From Octopus sinensis (Eukaryota), in contig NC_042997.1 in NCBI RefSeq assembly GCF_006345805.1, positions 144,212,001-144,276,000 on the forward strand: a DNA stretch of 64,000 nucleotides. Reading direction: 5' to 3'. Below the pieces are notes generated by a model, which saw only the letters and a list, made by a program, of their open reading frames with translations, was not told the DNA's origin and did no database searches. The position numbers and the translations under genes are program-made. Of this stretch, positions 33,591 to 46,529 are shown piece by piece (the first letter of the stretch is position 1; every line of letters starts with the position of its first letter).

Positions 33591-34138
33591 TATTGTATAG
33601 AGGGCATTATTACACATAAATGCCTCACACTAAGAGGGACATAAGTCATTACTACCAAAATTTCACTAATCGTACCTAATGCAGTTTTCAAAGCAAGACA
33701 TTTAAAAAATGAATTTAGTTCTATATCACCTGTGATTTCACACTTAACGCATCAAATACGTCTATGATCATCAGTAGAACTGATTCTGAACACATCATAA
33801 ATAAACGATCAATATACCTGGCGAAGTCGAACAGACATCTGCTCTCTCCGGCGAAGCACATGGAAATGTTTATAAATCATATATTCAGTAAATGGCGGGC
33901 TTTCTCGAACTGCATGTCGGGTAGGAAAAGTTTTTCTTCGGAATAAATTTAACAATTAAGGATAACTTCTTAATAAGGAATCTTAACAAGAAATTATCAG
34001 GTAGTTAGCGTGAAAAACCTCGTAAGAGAAAAAAATTCGAAAATAATTTTTTTCCTTTGAAAATATTAATTTATATTGTATAGAGGGCATTATTACACAT
34101 AAATGCCTCACACTAAGAGGGACATAAGTCATTACTAC
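33591..34138 (-). mobile_element. Hammerhead-containing insert flanked by identical 65-bp direct repeats
   Basis: 33591-33655 is identical to 34074-34138. The 418-bp interior is richer in CpG than its flanks. Confidence 0.7.
33717..33781 (-). ncRNA. Type I hammerhead motif with 7-bp stem I
   Basis: AGUUCUA-CUGAUGA-[ucauagacguauuugaugcguuaagugu]-GAAA-UCAC(ag)GUGA-U-A-UAGAACU; the triplet is AUA. Confidence 0.75.
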
Positions 34139-34145
34139 ACAATAC

Positions 34146-34209
<64 letters not shown>

Positions 34210-34210
<1 letters not shown>

Positions 34211-37200
34211 ATGGGCTTCTTTCAGTTTTTGTCCACCTAATCCACTCACAAGGCTTTGGTCGGCCCAAGGCTATAGCAGTAGATACTTGCCCAAGGTGCC
34301 ACACAGTGGGACTGAACTGAGAACCATGTGGTTGGGAAACAAGCTACTTACCACAAAGCCACTCCTGTGCCTATATATAAAATCATTCAACATATGGTAA
34401 CATGGAAAACAGGTGTTACATGATGATGATGATGATGATGATGATGACGACGATGATGATATATGTATATGTATATATAGATATATCTATATATATCTCA
34501 TGCAACTATTGCAACATAACTTAGTTTATTGCAACATAGAATAATAATGGCAATAATACAGCTTTCAGACTCATATAAATGGCAATGATATAGCTTTCAG
34601 TGTCTTAGTCAGCTGTATGATTATTGTTGTGGCCTTGAAAATGAAGATCCACAATCCATGTCACTTGGTAGCTATTGTCCATTCAGAGGGGCCAAGGAGT
34701 TCCAATCTGACTACTTCTGTCTATTCAGTTTATCTAACTTGTCATAAAAATTATGAGAAAGTAGAGATAACTTATCATCATCAGCAGCAGCATCATTTAA
34801 TGGGTTGGATGATTTGACCAGGGCTGGTTAGCTGAGGGGCTGCACCAGACTCTCGTCTGATTTGGCATGGGTTCTATGGTTGGGTGTCCTTCCTAACGCA
34901 AACCAGAATGAGAGTGCAATGGGTGCTTTTATGTGCCACCAGCACAGGTGCCAGTTACACGACACCTGTGTTTGTCATGACTACAATTTCACTTGGCTTG
35001 ATGGGTCTTCTACTCAAGCACAGCATATCACCAAAGGTCTTGGTCATTTGCCATTGTTTCAATAAGGCCCAATGCTTAAAAGGTCTTTTTACATGCTACC
35101 GGTGTGGGAGATTATTATGCGAACCTGACATCAGCCACGTTGCTTCCATAAGGCCCAATTGTTATGAGAAATAATGATACTATCTTGTAAGTGATTCTTT
35201 AGTCATGGTGTGTAGTCAGTGAGTGACCATCCCCTTTTTTTATATTAGAAGCTACCTTTTTTTGAATTAGAAGCTACCTTTCTGCATCAGAATCTCCTTC
35301 CTGTTTTTAAGATCATATGAGATTTGATGAATGACTAACTGTTATTTTTAACACTATGTGATCAGAACAGTAGGCGTGAGAAGATCCTTGCCCTTAGGCA
35401 GGGCCTCTTCAAGGGAAGGGTTTGGCAGGCATGTAGGTTTGGTACCTGGAGAGGCTAAAGAGCCTTGATGACTGTTTGCTACACCAATCCCTAAAATCAT
35501 TGACAAATCTCACAATTTTTTGAATTCTGAAATACCATTCCCTTCCAGGGTCCATAATACAGTATTGTGTTACTTTGATAAATTTCTTTAGGAGGACCTA
35601 CATTTGGGTGAAATTTTTCCCACGTGTAAATTTGAAATTACTTAAATTCTCAAAAAACTTAAATAAGTTGGCATCTGATGATGATGATGATAATGAGGGC
35701 AAAGACGACGTCAACAACAATGGCAGGGATGATGATGATGATGATGATGGAGTGGAGACTAGTGTTTGTGAAGAAGAAAGAGAAAAAGAAGAAGAAGGGG
35801 GAGGAGGAGAAGGAGGAGGAGAAGAAGAAGTAGAAGAAGAAGAAGAAGAAGAAGAAGAAGAAGAAGAAGAAGAAATCCTACCCCCTACTCCAATATTAAA
35901 ACTGTTTCCCTCCCCTCTTGTAGGGCTCAGCCATTAACATGATTGGATACTGTCTTGTTAGCTGGTAGTTGTGAGTTCAAGCAAGCCCATTCAGAAACTA
36001 CACCACTAGTCACAGGTCTTTTCTGGGTAAAATTTTCAAGAGGTAAATTCTGACAAATGGCCAACCACTAGTTTCCTTATCAAATGCCATCTAAACACAC
36101 ACACACACAGAAAATAAAATTCCATGGTGATGATTCTAAGAGTTCACCTAGTAAATGAGCTAAGTATTCAAATACAATTTTAGGGGAAGAGGTTTAGTCA
36201 AATATATCAACCCCAGTATCTGACTGGTATTTTATCTTATTGATGCCTAGAAAGGCAAAGTTGACTGTGATAGAATTTGAACATCATAAGTCTAACTGAC
36301 CAGTGTTGACCTGGGGTTAAGCAACAACAACTCTAGACTATTAAGAGATAATATCTAAGTATTCTGTAGGACGGGCATCTTTCAGTTTTGGTCCACCAAA
36401 TCCACTCACAAGGCTTTGGTTGGCCCAAGGTTATAGCAGAAGATACTTGCCCAAGGTGCCACGCAGTGAGACTGAACCGAGAACCATGTGATTGGGAAAC
36501 AAGCTACTTACCATGAAGCCACTCCTGTGCCTATATATAAAATCATTTAACCTACGGTAACATAGAAAACAGGTTTTACATGATGATGATGATGATGATG
36601 ACGACGATGATGATATATGTATATGTATATATAGATATATCTATATATATCTCATGCAACTATTGCAACATAACTTAGTTTATTGCAACATAGAATAATA
36701 ATGGCAATAATACAGCTTTCAGACTCATATAAATGGCAATGATATAGCTTTCAGTGTCTTAGTCAGCTGTATGATTATTGTTGTGGCCTTGAAAATGAAG
36801 ATCCACTATCCATGTCACTTGGTAGCTATTGTCCATTCAGAGGGGCCAAGGAGTTCCAATCTGACTACTTCTGTCTAATCAGTTTATCTAGCTTGTCATA
36901 AAAATTATGAGAAAGTAGAGATAACTTATCATCATCAGCAGCATCATCATTTAATGGGTTGGATGATTTGACCAGGGCTGGTTAGCTGAGGGTCTGGTCC
37001 AGACTCTCGTCTGATTTGGCATGGTTTCTATGGTTGGGTGTCCTTCCGAACGCGAACCAGAATGAGAGCGTAATGGGTGCTTTTATGTGCCACCAGCACA
37101 GGTGCCAGTTACACGATACCTATGTTTGTCATGACTACAATTTCACTTGGCTTGATGGGTCTTCTACTCAAGCACAGCATATTGCCAAAGGTCTTGGTCA

Positions 37201-40199
37201 TTTGTCATTGTTTCAATAAGGCCCAATGCTTAAAAGGTCTTTTTACATGCTACCGGTATGGATGCTAATTATGCGAACCTGACATCAGCCGGATTGCTTC
37301 CTTGAGGCCCACTTGTTATGAGAAATAATGATACTGTCTTGTGAGTGGTTCCCAAAATGGGCAGGTGTGTAGTCAGTGAGTGACAATCCTCTTTTTTATA
37401 TTAGAATGTACCTTTTTTTGTATCAGAATCTCCTTCCTGTTTTTAAGATCATATGTGATTTGATGAATGACTAACTGTTATTTTTAACACTACGTGATTA
37501 GAACAGTAAGCGTGAGAAGATCCTTGCCCATAGGCAGGGCCTCTTCAAAAGAAGGGTTTGGCAGGCATGTAGGTTTGGTGCCTGGAGAGGCTAAAGAGCA
37601 TTGATGACTGTTTGCTACACCAATCCCTAAAATCATAGACAAATCTCACAATTTTTTGAATTCTGAAATACCATTCCCTTCCAGGGCCCACCTTACAGTT
37701 TTGTGTTACTTTGATAAATTTCTTTAGGAGGACCTACATTTGGGTGAAACTTTTCCCACATGTAAATTTGAAATTACTTAAATTCTCAAAAAACTTAAAT
37801 AAGTTGGCATCTGATGATGATGATGATGGTAGTGATGATGGAGTGGAGACTAGTGTATGTGAAGAAGAAAAAGAAAAAAGAAGGAGGAGGAGGTGGAGGA
37901 GGAGGAGGAGGAGAAGAAGAAGAAGAAGAAGAAGAAGAAGAAGAAGAAATCCTACCCCCTACTCCTATATTAGAACTGTTTCCCTCTCCTCTTGTAGGGC
38001 TCAGCCACTAACATGAGTAGACACTGTCTTGCTAGCTGGTAGTTGTGAGTTCAAGCCCATTCAGAAACTACACCACTAGTCACAGGTCTTTTCCTGGGTA
38101 AAATTTTCAAGAGGTAAATTCTGACAAATGGACAACCACTAGTTTCCTTATCAAATGCCATCTAAACACACACACAAAATAAAATTCCATGGTGATGATT
38201 CTAAGAGTTCACCTAGTATCTTCATTTCATAGTTAATGAGCTAAGTATTTAAATACAATTTTAGGGGAAGAAGTTTAGTCAATTATATCAACCCCAGTAT
38301 CTGACTGGTATTTTATCTTATTGATGCCTAGAAAGGCAAAGTTGACTGTGATAGAATTTGAACATCATAAGTCTAACTGACCAGTGTTGACCTGGGGTTA
38401 AGCAACAACAACTCTAGACTATTAAGAGATAATATCTAAGTATTCTGTAGGACGAGCATCTTTCAGTTTTGGTCCACCAAATCCACTCACAAGGCTTTGG
38501 TTGGCCCTAGGTTATAGCAGAAGATACTTGTCCAAGGTGCCACACAGTGGGACTGAACCGAGAACCATGTCGTTGGGAAACAAGCTACTTACCATGAAGC
38601 CACTCCTGTGCCTATATATAAAATCATTTAACCTACGGTAACATGGAAAACAGGTTTTACATGATGATGACAACGATGATGATATATGTATATGCATATA
38701 TAGATATATCTATATATATCTCATGCAACTATTGCAACATAGAATAATAATGGCAATAATACAGCTTTCAGACTCATATAAATGGTAATGATATAGCTTT
38801 CAGTGTCTGAGTCAGCTGTATCATTATTGTTGTAGCCTTGAAAATGAAGATCCACCATCCATGTCACTTGGTAGCTATTGTCCATTCAGAGCAGCCAAGA
38901 AGTTCCAATCTGACTACTTCTGTCTAATCAGTTTATCTAACTTGTCATAAAAACTATGAGAAAGTAGAGATAACTTATCATCATCAGCAGCAGTATCATT
39001 TAATGTGTTGGATAGTTTGACCAGGGCTGGTAAGCTGAGGGGCTGCACCAGACTCTCGTCTGATTTGGCATGGTTTCTATGGCTGGATGTCCCTCCTAAT
39101 GCGAACCAGCCTGAGTGCAATGGGTGCTTTTATGTGCCACCAGCACAGGTGCCAGTTACACAACACCTGTGTTTGTCACGATGACAATTTCACTTGGCTT
39201 GATGAGTCTTCTACTCAAGCACAGCATATTGCCAAAGGTCTTGGTCATTTGCCATTGTTTCAATAAGGCCCGATGCTTAAAAGGTGTTTTTACATGCTGC
39301 CGGTATGGATGCTAATTATGTGAACCTGACATCAGCCGCATTACTTCCATGAGGCCCAGTTGTTATGAGAAATAATAATACTGTCTTGTTAGTGGTTCTT
39401 TATTCTTGGTGGAACCCAAAATGGGCAGATGTGTAGTCTGTGAGTGACAATCCCCTTTTTTATATTAGAAGCTACCTTTCTGTATCAGAATCTCCTTCCT
39501 GTTTTTAAGATCATATGCGATTTGATGAATGACTAACTGATATTTTTAACACTATGTGATCAGAACAGTAGGCGTGAGAAGATCCTTGCCCATAGGCAGG
39601 GCCTCTCCAAGAGTAGGGTTTGGCAGGCATGTAGGTTTGGTGCCTGGAGAGGCTAAAGAGCATTGATGACTATTTGCCTCACCAATCCCTAAAATCATGG
39701 AAAAATCTCACAATATTTTGAATTCTAAAATACTATTCCCTTCCAGGGCCCACCATACAGTTTTGTGTTACTTTGATAAATTTCTTTAGGAGGCCCTACG
39801 TTTGGGTGAAATTTTTCCCTCATTTAAATTTGAAATTACTTAAATTCTCAAAAAACTTATATAAGTTGGCATCTGATGATGATGATGGCAAAGATGACGG
39901 CAACGACAATGCAGGGAAGATGATGATGATGATGGTGGTGGAGTGGAGACTAGAGTTTGTGAAGAAGAAGAAGAAGAAGAAGAAGTCCTACCCCCTACTC
40001 CAATATTAAAACTGTTTCCCTCCCATCTTGTAGGGCTCAGCCATTAACATGATTGGATACTGTCTTGTTAGCTGGTAGTTGTGAGTTCAAGCCCATTCAG
40101 AAACTACACCACTAGTCACAGGCTTTTCCTGGGTAAGATTTTCAAGAAGTAAATTCTGACAAATGGACAACCACTAGTTTCTTTATCTAATGCCATTTG

Positions 40200-40239
<40 letters not shown>

Positions 40240-40799
40240 AAAATTCCATGTTGATGATTCTAAGAGTTCACCTAGTACCTTCATCTCATAGTTAATGAGC
40301 TAAGTATTTCAAAATTTTAGCACAAAGCCAGCAATTTTAAGGGAAGAGGTTTAGTCAATTATATCAACCCCAGTATCTGACTGGTATTTTATCTTATTGA
40401 TGCCTGGAAAGGCAAAGTTGACCATAATAGGATTTGAACTCAGAATGTAAATAAATGTGAGGAAATACCTCAATAGAGTTTATCCGCAGCACTAATGGTT
40501 CTGCCAGCTTGTAATAATGATGATCGTGGTGTAATAATGATGATGAACATGATGAATATGATGATGATGATAATGATAAAAGAAAAGACTTTTTTTTGTT
40601 TACTTCTGGTTTATTCTGCAACATGGTATCTTTAAGCAGAAATAGCAGCCTCTCAAATATCACCCTGCCATTGTACAAAACAATAGATTGTTCAATGGCT
40701 TGGATACATATCATCATAAGTCTACTTGACCAGTGTTGACCTGGGGCTAAGCAACAACAACTGTAGACTATTAAGAGATAATATCTAAGTATTTTGTAG
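34210..40799. repeat. Tandem triplication of a ~2.1-2.35-kb unit
   Basis: Copies at 34210-36369, 36370-38450 and 38451-40799. Each has a SINE A 5' half, a truncated RTE end, a unique segment, GAT/GAA tracts and a SINE B remnant. The copies differ by many substitutions. Confidence 0.95.
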
Positions 40800-41464
40800 A
40801 AAATCAATAGAATAGTATCTAGTTATGATTTTATTTTTTATTACATATGTGAAGTACTTGTAAATATACTTAAAGCCAAATTAGATAACTGTTTTCATCC
40901 CAAGAATATTACAGGTATTTCATAAAGAACAGTCAATAGTAAAAGTAGTAAGTGGCAAGTAAAGTCAGATTGTCTAAAGTGTGATTTGAAATCTGAAAAG
41001 AACAAAAACAAAAACAAAAAAAAGATAAGGGAGGTTGTACATGGTCTCTTGACTTACTAGAAATAGCAATCAAATCTCAATCATGTTACACCTTACAGTT
41101 TTAAAAACCATAAGGAGACATTTGATAATGTAATTTCTAGACAGGTCATACTAGGCTGAAGGAAAGAAAGAGCAAAAAATGGGATAGTCACAACTTCAAT
41201 GCATTTTGATAATAGATCTGATTGATTTGGATAGACCTGAGGCTAAATGATCTGAAAAACTAAATTTAGTCTAGCCACTCTCCCATATTACAACCCCTGT
41301 TCCCACCACCACCACCACCACCTACTTCATCAAATTCTTATTGCTTTCTTTCTTTTTCTTCCTGTATCATATACCACTGGAACAATAACCCATTCCATCT
41401 ACCACTCCTAGAAAAGAAAAGAAAAGAAAAAAACATCACATGCACATGCACACACACATATACA

Positions 41465-41610
41465 AATTAATAATAATGATAATGATGATAATAATGATAA
41501 TGATGATAATAATAATAATGATGATAATAATGATAATGATGATGATGATAATAATAATAATAATAATGATGATGATGATGATGATAATAATAATATAATA
41601 ATAATAATGT
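41465..41610. repeat. (AAT/GAT)n microsatellite
   Basis: Directly visible. Confidence 0.9.
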
Positions 41611-43089
41611 ACAGCAAAAAGATAAAAAATAAAATAAATTACAATAAAATAAAATGAAATAAAATAATATAAAATAAATTCAACAATTTTTATTTTAAAA
41701 ACAAAAACAAAAAAGGTAAGAAAAGAGCAAAGTTGATGGGAATCAGCTATTAATCTGGGTAATTTGTTAAAAGCTCAAGTTTGATTCATCCTCTGCCATT
41801 TACCAACATTGATTACTGTAATTAGGAAATCTATGACAGAACTCAATTTGACTTTCTTTATCAGTCATCATCACCCCACCACTACCATCAACACCACTTT
41901 CACTACCACCACCACCACCACCAAAACCACGACTACCATTACCACCACCTTATATTTGCCACTACCACTACCACTACCACCTACACCACAGCCTTTTCTC
42001 TTCTATAAGATTTAAGGTTAAGAAGAAAGTCATTTGATTTAAGGATGGGTAGTGAATGTTTTTGTTGGAGAATTCTATTTTTATGCAGTTCCATGTGTTT
42101 AATTGATTACACAAACACAAACACACAATGAACAGTAATATCAGACACATATACCCAAACCATATACATATATGTATCTTATCATTATCACATATATGTA
42201 AATGTATATTCTTAGAAACATTTATTCTCTCACACTCACATACATATACACACATGCAATCACTTAAAAATATTAACACTCACACACACGCATATCCACG
42301 TTTATAGTTATATAAATAAGGGTTCATGGCTTGTTACTCTCAAAAAGAAACTAGATTTCTCTCGGAGATAATCTAAAAGACAAGCTGAAAACGACAGATT
42401 GTGAAAAGATACTGAAGACAAATTTCGAAGAAATACTATAGACAAGCTTTGATGAAACATTGAACACAGGTTTCGAAGAGTGGCAGAAGCCAAACAGAAG
42501 ATAGACTGAAGAAAAGTTCAAGATAGATTGAAGTGAGATTAAGAAACTTGATAGAAATCAGATTCAAAAATACGACAAGAAAGAAATCAAAAATAGATTA
42601 AAAAAAAAAAAAAAGGAAGCATAAAAAAAAACAGAGATTCGAGGATTCACTGAAGCTAGACAAAACAAATACTGGCATTAAATAGAAAGGAAACTGAAGA
42701 ATCTGTGCAGTCTGTAATTTTCAGTTGAAGACAAATTGAATCGAGAAATTGAGAAGAATCTGAAGAAAGACAGAAAGCTGACCACAGACATACAGACCAA
42801 AGTAGAAGAGTTATAAAAAGTAAGAAAGAGAGGAGACTAGAAAGAGACCAGTATTGTTAAGGTATGTGTTATAGAAATTATATTGTGTATTGAAACAATT
42901 GAAACATCATGGGGCAAGATAATTTATGTAAATATAGAGATGTCACTCGGAAACAGGTGAGGGCTGGCATCAGGAAGGGCATCCAACCATAGAAAACCTG
43001 CCAAACAAACAGTGCTGCATACACACACACACACATATATATATAGCATTTATACATACATACACACACACACATATACATACACACAC

Positions 43090-43447
43090 ATTGTTACATT
43101 TTGGGATGGTCATTTTATTATTTTACCAAATAAAATCATGCACTATATATTTGTTCTTCACTCCAGCTTTATTATTATTCTTATTCTAGTGTCCTTTGTC
43201 AGAAATCTTTTGTCACACATCCCATCCCGTGACCTCATCAGCAACTCTCCATCTCATGTGACTAAATGGACAGGAGGAGACATGTGGGATGGAGAGTCGA
43301 TGAAGAGGTCACAGGATGTATGACAAAAGACACTAAAATCAGAAGAATAGTCAGGCTGTATTGAAGAACAAGTATGTAGTGTGTGTGTGTGTGTGTGTGG
43401 TTAATTGGCAAAAAGAAAAAAATATGTCCATCCCAAAATATAACAAT
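43090..43447. repeat. Old inverted repeat (~170-bp arms)
   Basis: ATTGTTACATTTTGGGATGG...TTGTTCTTCA...TAGTGTC.TTTGTCA...GTGACCTC...ACTCTCCATC is mirrored in the right half. Confidence 0.8.
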
Positions 43448-43971
43448 ATCTGTTTCAACACATGATTTCACATCAGGAAACTTGCAAACATAAATGTATG
43501 TATATATATATATATAATGATTTATACACATATACATACATATATCTTAATAATTATGATGAACACTCTTCTTTACTATTTCTTCTCTGTCTATCTCTCC
43601 CTCCCTTTGTTTTTCATCCTTTCTGGTTTTCTCTCTCATCCCTCCCTATTCTTCTCCTCTCTCCTTCAAAGTTCCATCTCTCTTACTCTTCCTTCTTGAC
43701 TCTCTCGTCTCTGACACGTGATCAGAGGGAAGCCATCTTTCCGACTGCTTTCTTCACCAAGACCAGGCCAGCTTATCCTGTCTCTTTCATAAGCTGTCTC
43801 CTTAAGCCTTCAGAATAATTTTTCCATCATCTTGGTTTACAGCCCTCATCGTTTGTTTTACTGTTTTGTTCTCATTGTTCTGTCTTTTACTGTTTTTACA
43901 TTTTTATTGTTAGGAAGGGCATCCAGCTGTAGGAACATATATATACATATACATACATATATATATATATA

Positions 43972-44255
43972 TATCTTTTTTACTCTTTTACTTGTTTCAG
44001 TCATTTGACTGCAGCCATGCTGGAGCACCACCTTTAATCCAGCAACTCGACCCCAGGACTTATTCTTTTGTAAGCCCAGTACTTATTCTATCGGTCTCTT
44101 TTTGCCGAACCGCTAAGTTACGGGGACGTAAACACACCAGCATTGGTCGGCTCGAGGCTATAGCAGAAGACACTTGCCCAAGATGCCACACAGTGGGACT
44201 GAACCCAGAACCATATGGTTGGTAAGCAAGCTGCTTACCACACAACCACTCCTAT
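43972..44255 (-). mobile_element. SINE family A, internally deleted composite
   Basis: The 3' module is joined directly to the 5' half at GCATTGGT microhomology. Confidence 0.85.
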
Positions 44256-44269
44256 GTATATATATAGGT

Positions 44270-44588
44270 AGGGTCAGGAGTGGCTGTGTGGTAAGTAGCT
44301 TGCTTACCAACTACATGGTTCTGGGTTTAGTCCCATTGCATGGCACTTTGGGCAAGAGTTTTCTACTATAGCCTTGGGCCGACCAAAGCCTTGTGAGTGG
44401 ATTTGATAGATGAAAACTGACAGAAGCTCGTCGTATATATATGTATATGTTTGTGTGTCCGCGTTTGTCCCCCCCCCCCCCCGCAACAGCGCTTGACAAC
44501 CGATGCTGGTGTGTTTACGTCCCCGTCACTTAGTGGTTCGACAAGAGAGACCGATAGAATAAGTATAAGGCTTACAAAGAATAAGTCC

Positions 44589-44590
<2 letters not shown>
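44270..44590 (+). mobile_element. SINE family A composite
   Basis: Head, body and 3' module, head-to-head with the 43972-44255 copy. Confidence 0.85.
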
Positions 44591-44622
<32 letters not shown>

Positions 44623-44623
44623 G

Positions 44624-44716
<93 letters not shown>

Positions 44717-44735
44717 TTTACACACACACACACGC
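44588..44735. repeat. (TA)n-(TAGA)n-(GA)n-(CA)n compound microsatellite
   Basis: Directly visible. Confidence 0.95.
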
Positions 44736-45214
44736 ACATTTTTAGGCAACACTCAGATAAGGGGCTGAAATTCAAGGTAACATACCGGCAGTAAAATGAA
44801 TTTTAGTAATACTTCTGTAGCAGATGGCATTCCACGAATTCGAACCTGGGATGTTTAAGTTCAAAAGCCAAAATCGCTGTCTAATAATAGCAGTATATTT
44901 AGTAATATACATAAATATCACTGGTGAACAGTCGTTCTATATTTGCTGGTATCCAGCCAATTATTTGCAATGTCAGTTGGTGACAGGCGGTGATAGTAAA
45001 AAGAAAGGAAAGTTTAATTTTCGTTAACAATAGGGTCTATAGATCATTCTAGAACATCTTGTCGAGCTTATAAAAACCATAGAGTTCAACTAACCTTCTT
45101 GGAGAATATGTTCATATTGCAGCTGTAGGCCGTGTGTCTCTCGAAACTCAACTTTCTAAGAGATTACATCTGTTGTAACAGTCAACTATTATAGCCACAA
45201 GGCCTATAATAATC

Positions 45215-45425
45215 TTTCTATTGTAGACACAAGGCCTGATTTTTAGGGGAAATGGTAGGTCGATTACATCGACCCCAGTGTGAAACTGGTACTTATTTCA
45301 TCGACCCCGAAAGAGATGGAAGGCAAAGTCGACTTCGGCGAAATTCGAATCTGAATGTAAAGACGGATGAAATGCTAAGCATTTTGTCCGTTGTGTTAAC
45401 GATTCAGCCAGCTCGCTGCCTTAAC
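45215..45425 (-). mobile_element. SINE family B (CpG-intact)
   Basis: GTCGATTACATCGACCCCAGT...CGACCCCGAAAG.GATG.AAGGCAAAGTCGAC.TCGGCG.AATTCGAA. Confidence 0.85.
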
Positions 45426-46529
45426 TGTAATCAAGAAATTATTTTTTGATTCCTTACTTCATGATTCACACACGACATACATATAACAAGTTGTACCTTA
45501 TGTACATTGGAAATGTTTAGTATTAATAAACATTATTAGATAATTCTTTCTCGTTAATTATTCATCATATTAACATAACGTAACCACACATTTCTAATAA
45601 TTATCCAGTATAAACATCAAAACACCGCATCTTCCCAAGTAAATATGGCCATGGATAAATTCATGAATATTTATACTTGCTGTCATACTTGATCGGCTAC
45701 GTTCATTGCCGTCATGCTCATCACAGCACTGTAACTCACTACTGAATATATATTTCTAATTGGGTAATTCAATGTAGTTTAAAGTTATAAATATTAAAAT
45801 GAATATGATAAATACGGTGTATGAAAATGAACTCGTAAGCTTTATTTATGCATTGGAAATTGAAGGAGAAACATAATATGGTTCTAAATTACAGTTATGT
45901 GGTAAATCTTAAACGTTTAAAACACAAACGTTCATTAAAATTCTATAGACTTGCACTGTTCAGCGTCTTCACTAGTGAATAAATCTTCATAATTATCATA
46001 TGGATCTCGTTCATCATTGATGTCCATAATTATAAGGTCGGTTGTACATCATCTACAACTCTCGCATCATCATCATCATCATCTCACAGGTATTTATCTT
46101 CTGTATCATTCAATGCATTCAAAATTCTTCATATCTTGAATGAGTAGATAATAATGTCATTTATTTCCTTCCGTGAATTAACGATCCATTCACAAACCAG
46201 AGGCAGCGATGGAGCTCGCATACTGCCTTCCTTCCGTTATAATTTTTTTCCATCACACATCCAATTATTCTTTTTCACCCTCATCATGTTCTTAACTGGT
46301 TTATTGATACTAACATCTAATGATTGCTAAAGACTTGTAGTCTATTATGATGAAACATTATCAACAACATTTCTCACTAACTGTATCTTTTACTGATCTC
46401 AAACGAATTAACTCTTCATTTTCTTGTTCGTCAAGTTATAAATTCTACTTATACTATTATTCCTTTCGGAAATTCCTCCTTTGGTACAAGTTTTCTCTTA
46501 AAAACATACTTCAGTTTTATTATTATTAT

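Larger units (their letters stand above)
33355..34376 (-). mobile_element. SINE family A composite split by an insertion in its central microsatellite
   Basis: 3' module at ~33355-33590, 5' half at ~34210-34376, and ~550 bp of foreign sequence between them. Confidence 0.75.

Noticed and set aside
33591-34140. Mini-LTR retrotransposon (TRIM) interpretation of the 65-bp direct repeats
   Set aside because: There is no primer-binding site (TGG) or polypurine tract in either orientation, and no 4-6-bp TSD was identified.
35575-40009. Triplicated ORF 'MINFFRRTYIW...DDDD...EEEE' as a paralogous gene family
   Set aside because: It starts at TTG, the acidic tracts are microsatellites, and the frames diverge after the repeats in copies 2 and 3.
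44825-44885. tRNA gene (B-box GGTTCGAATTC on the minus strand)
   Set aside because: No cloverleaf or A-box could be formed; at most this is a SINE-head relic.
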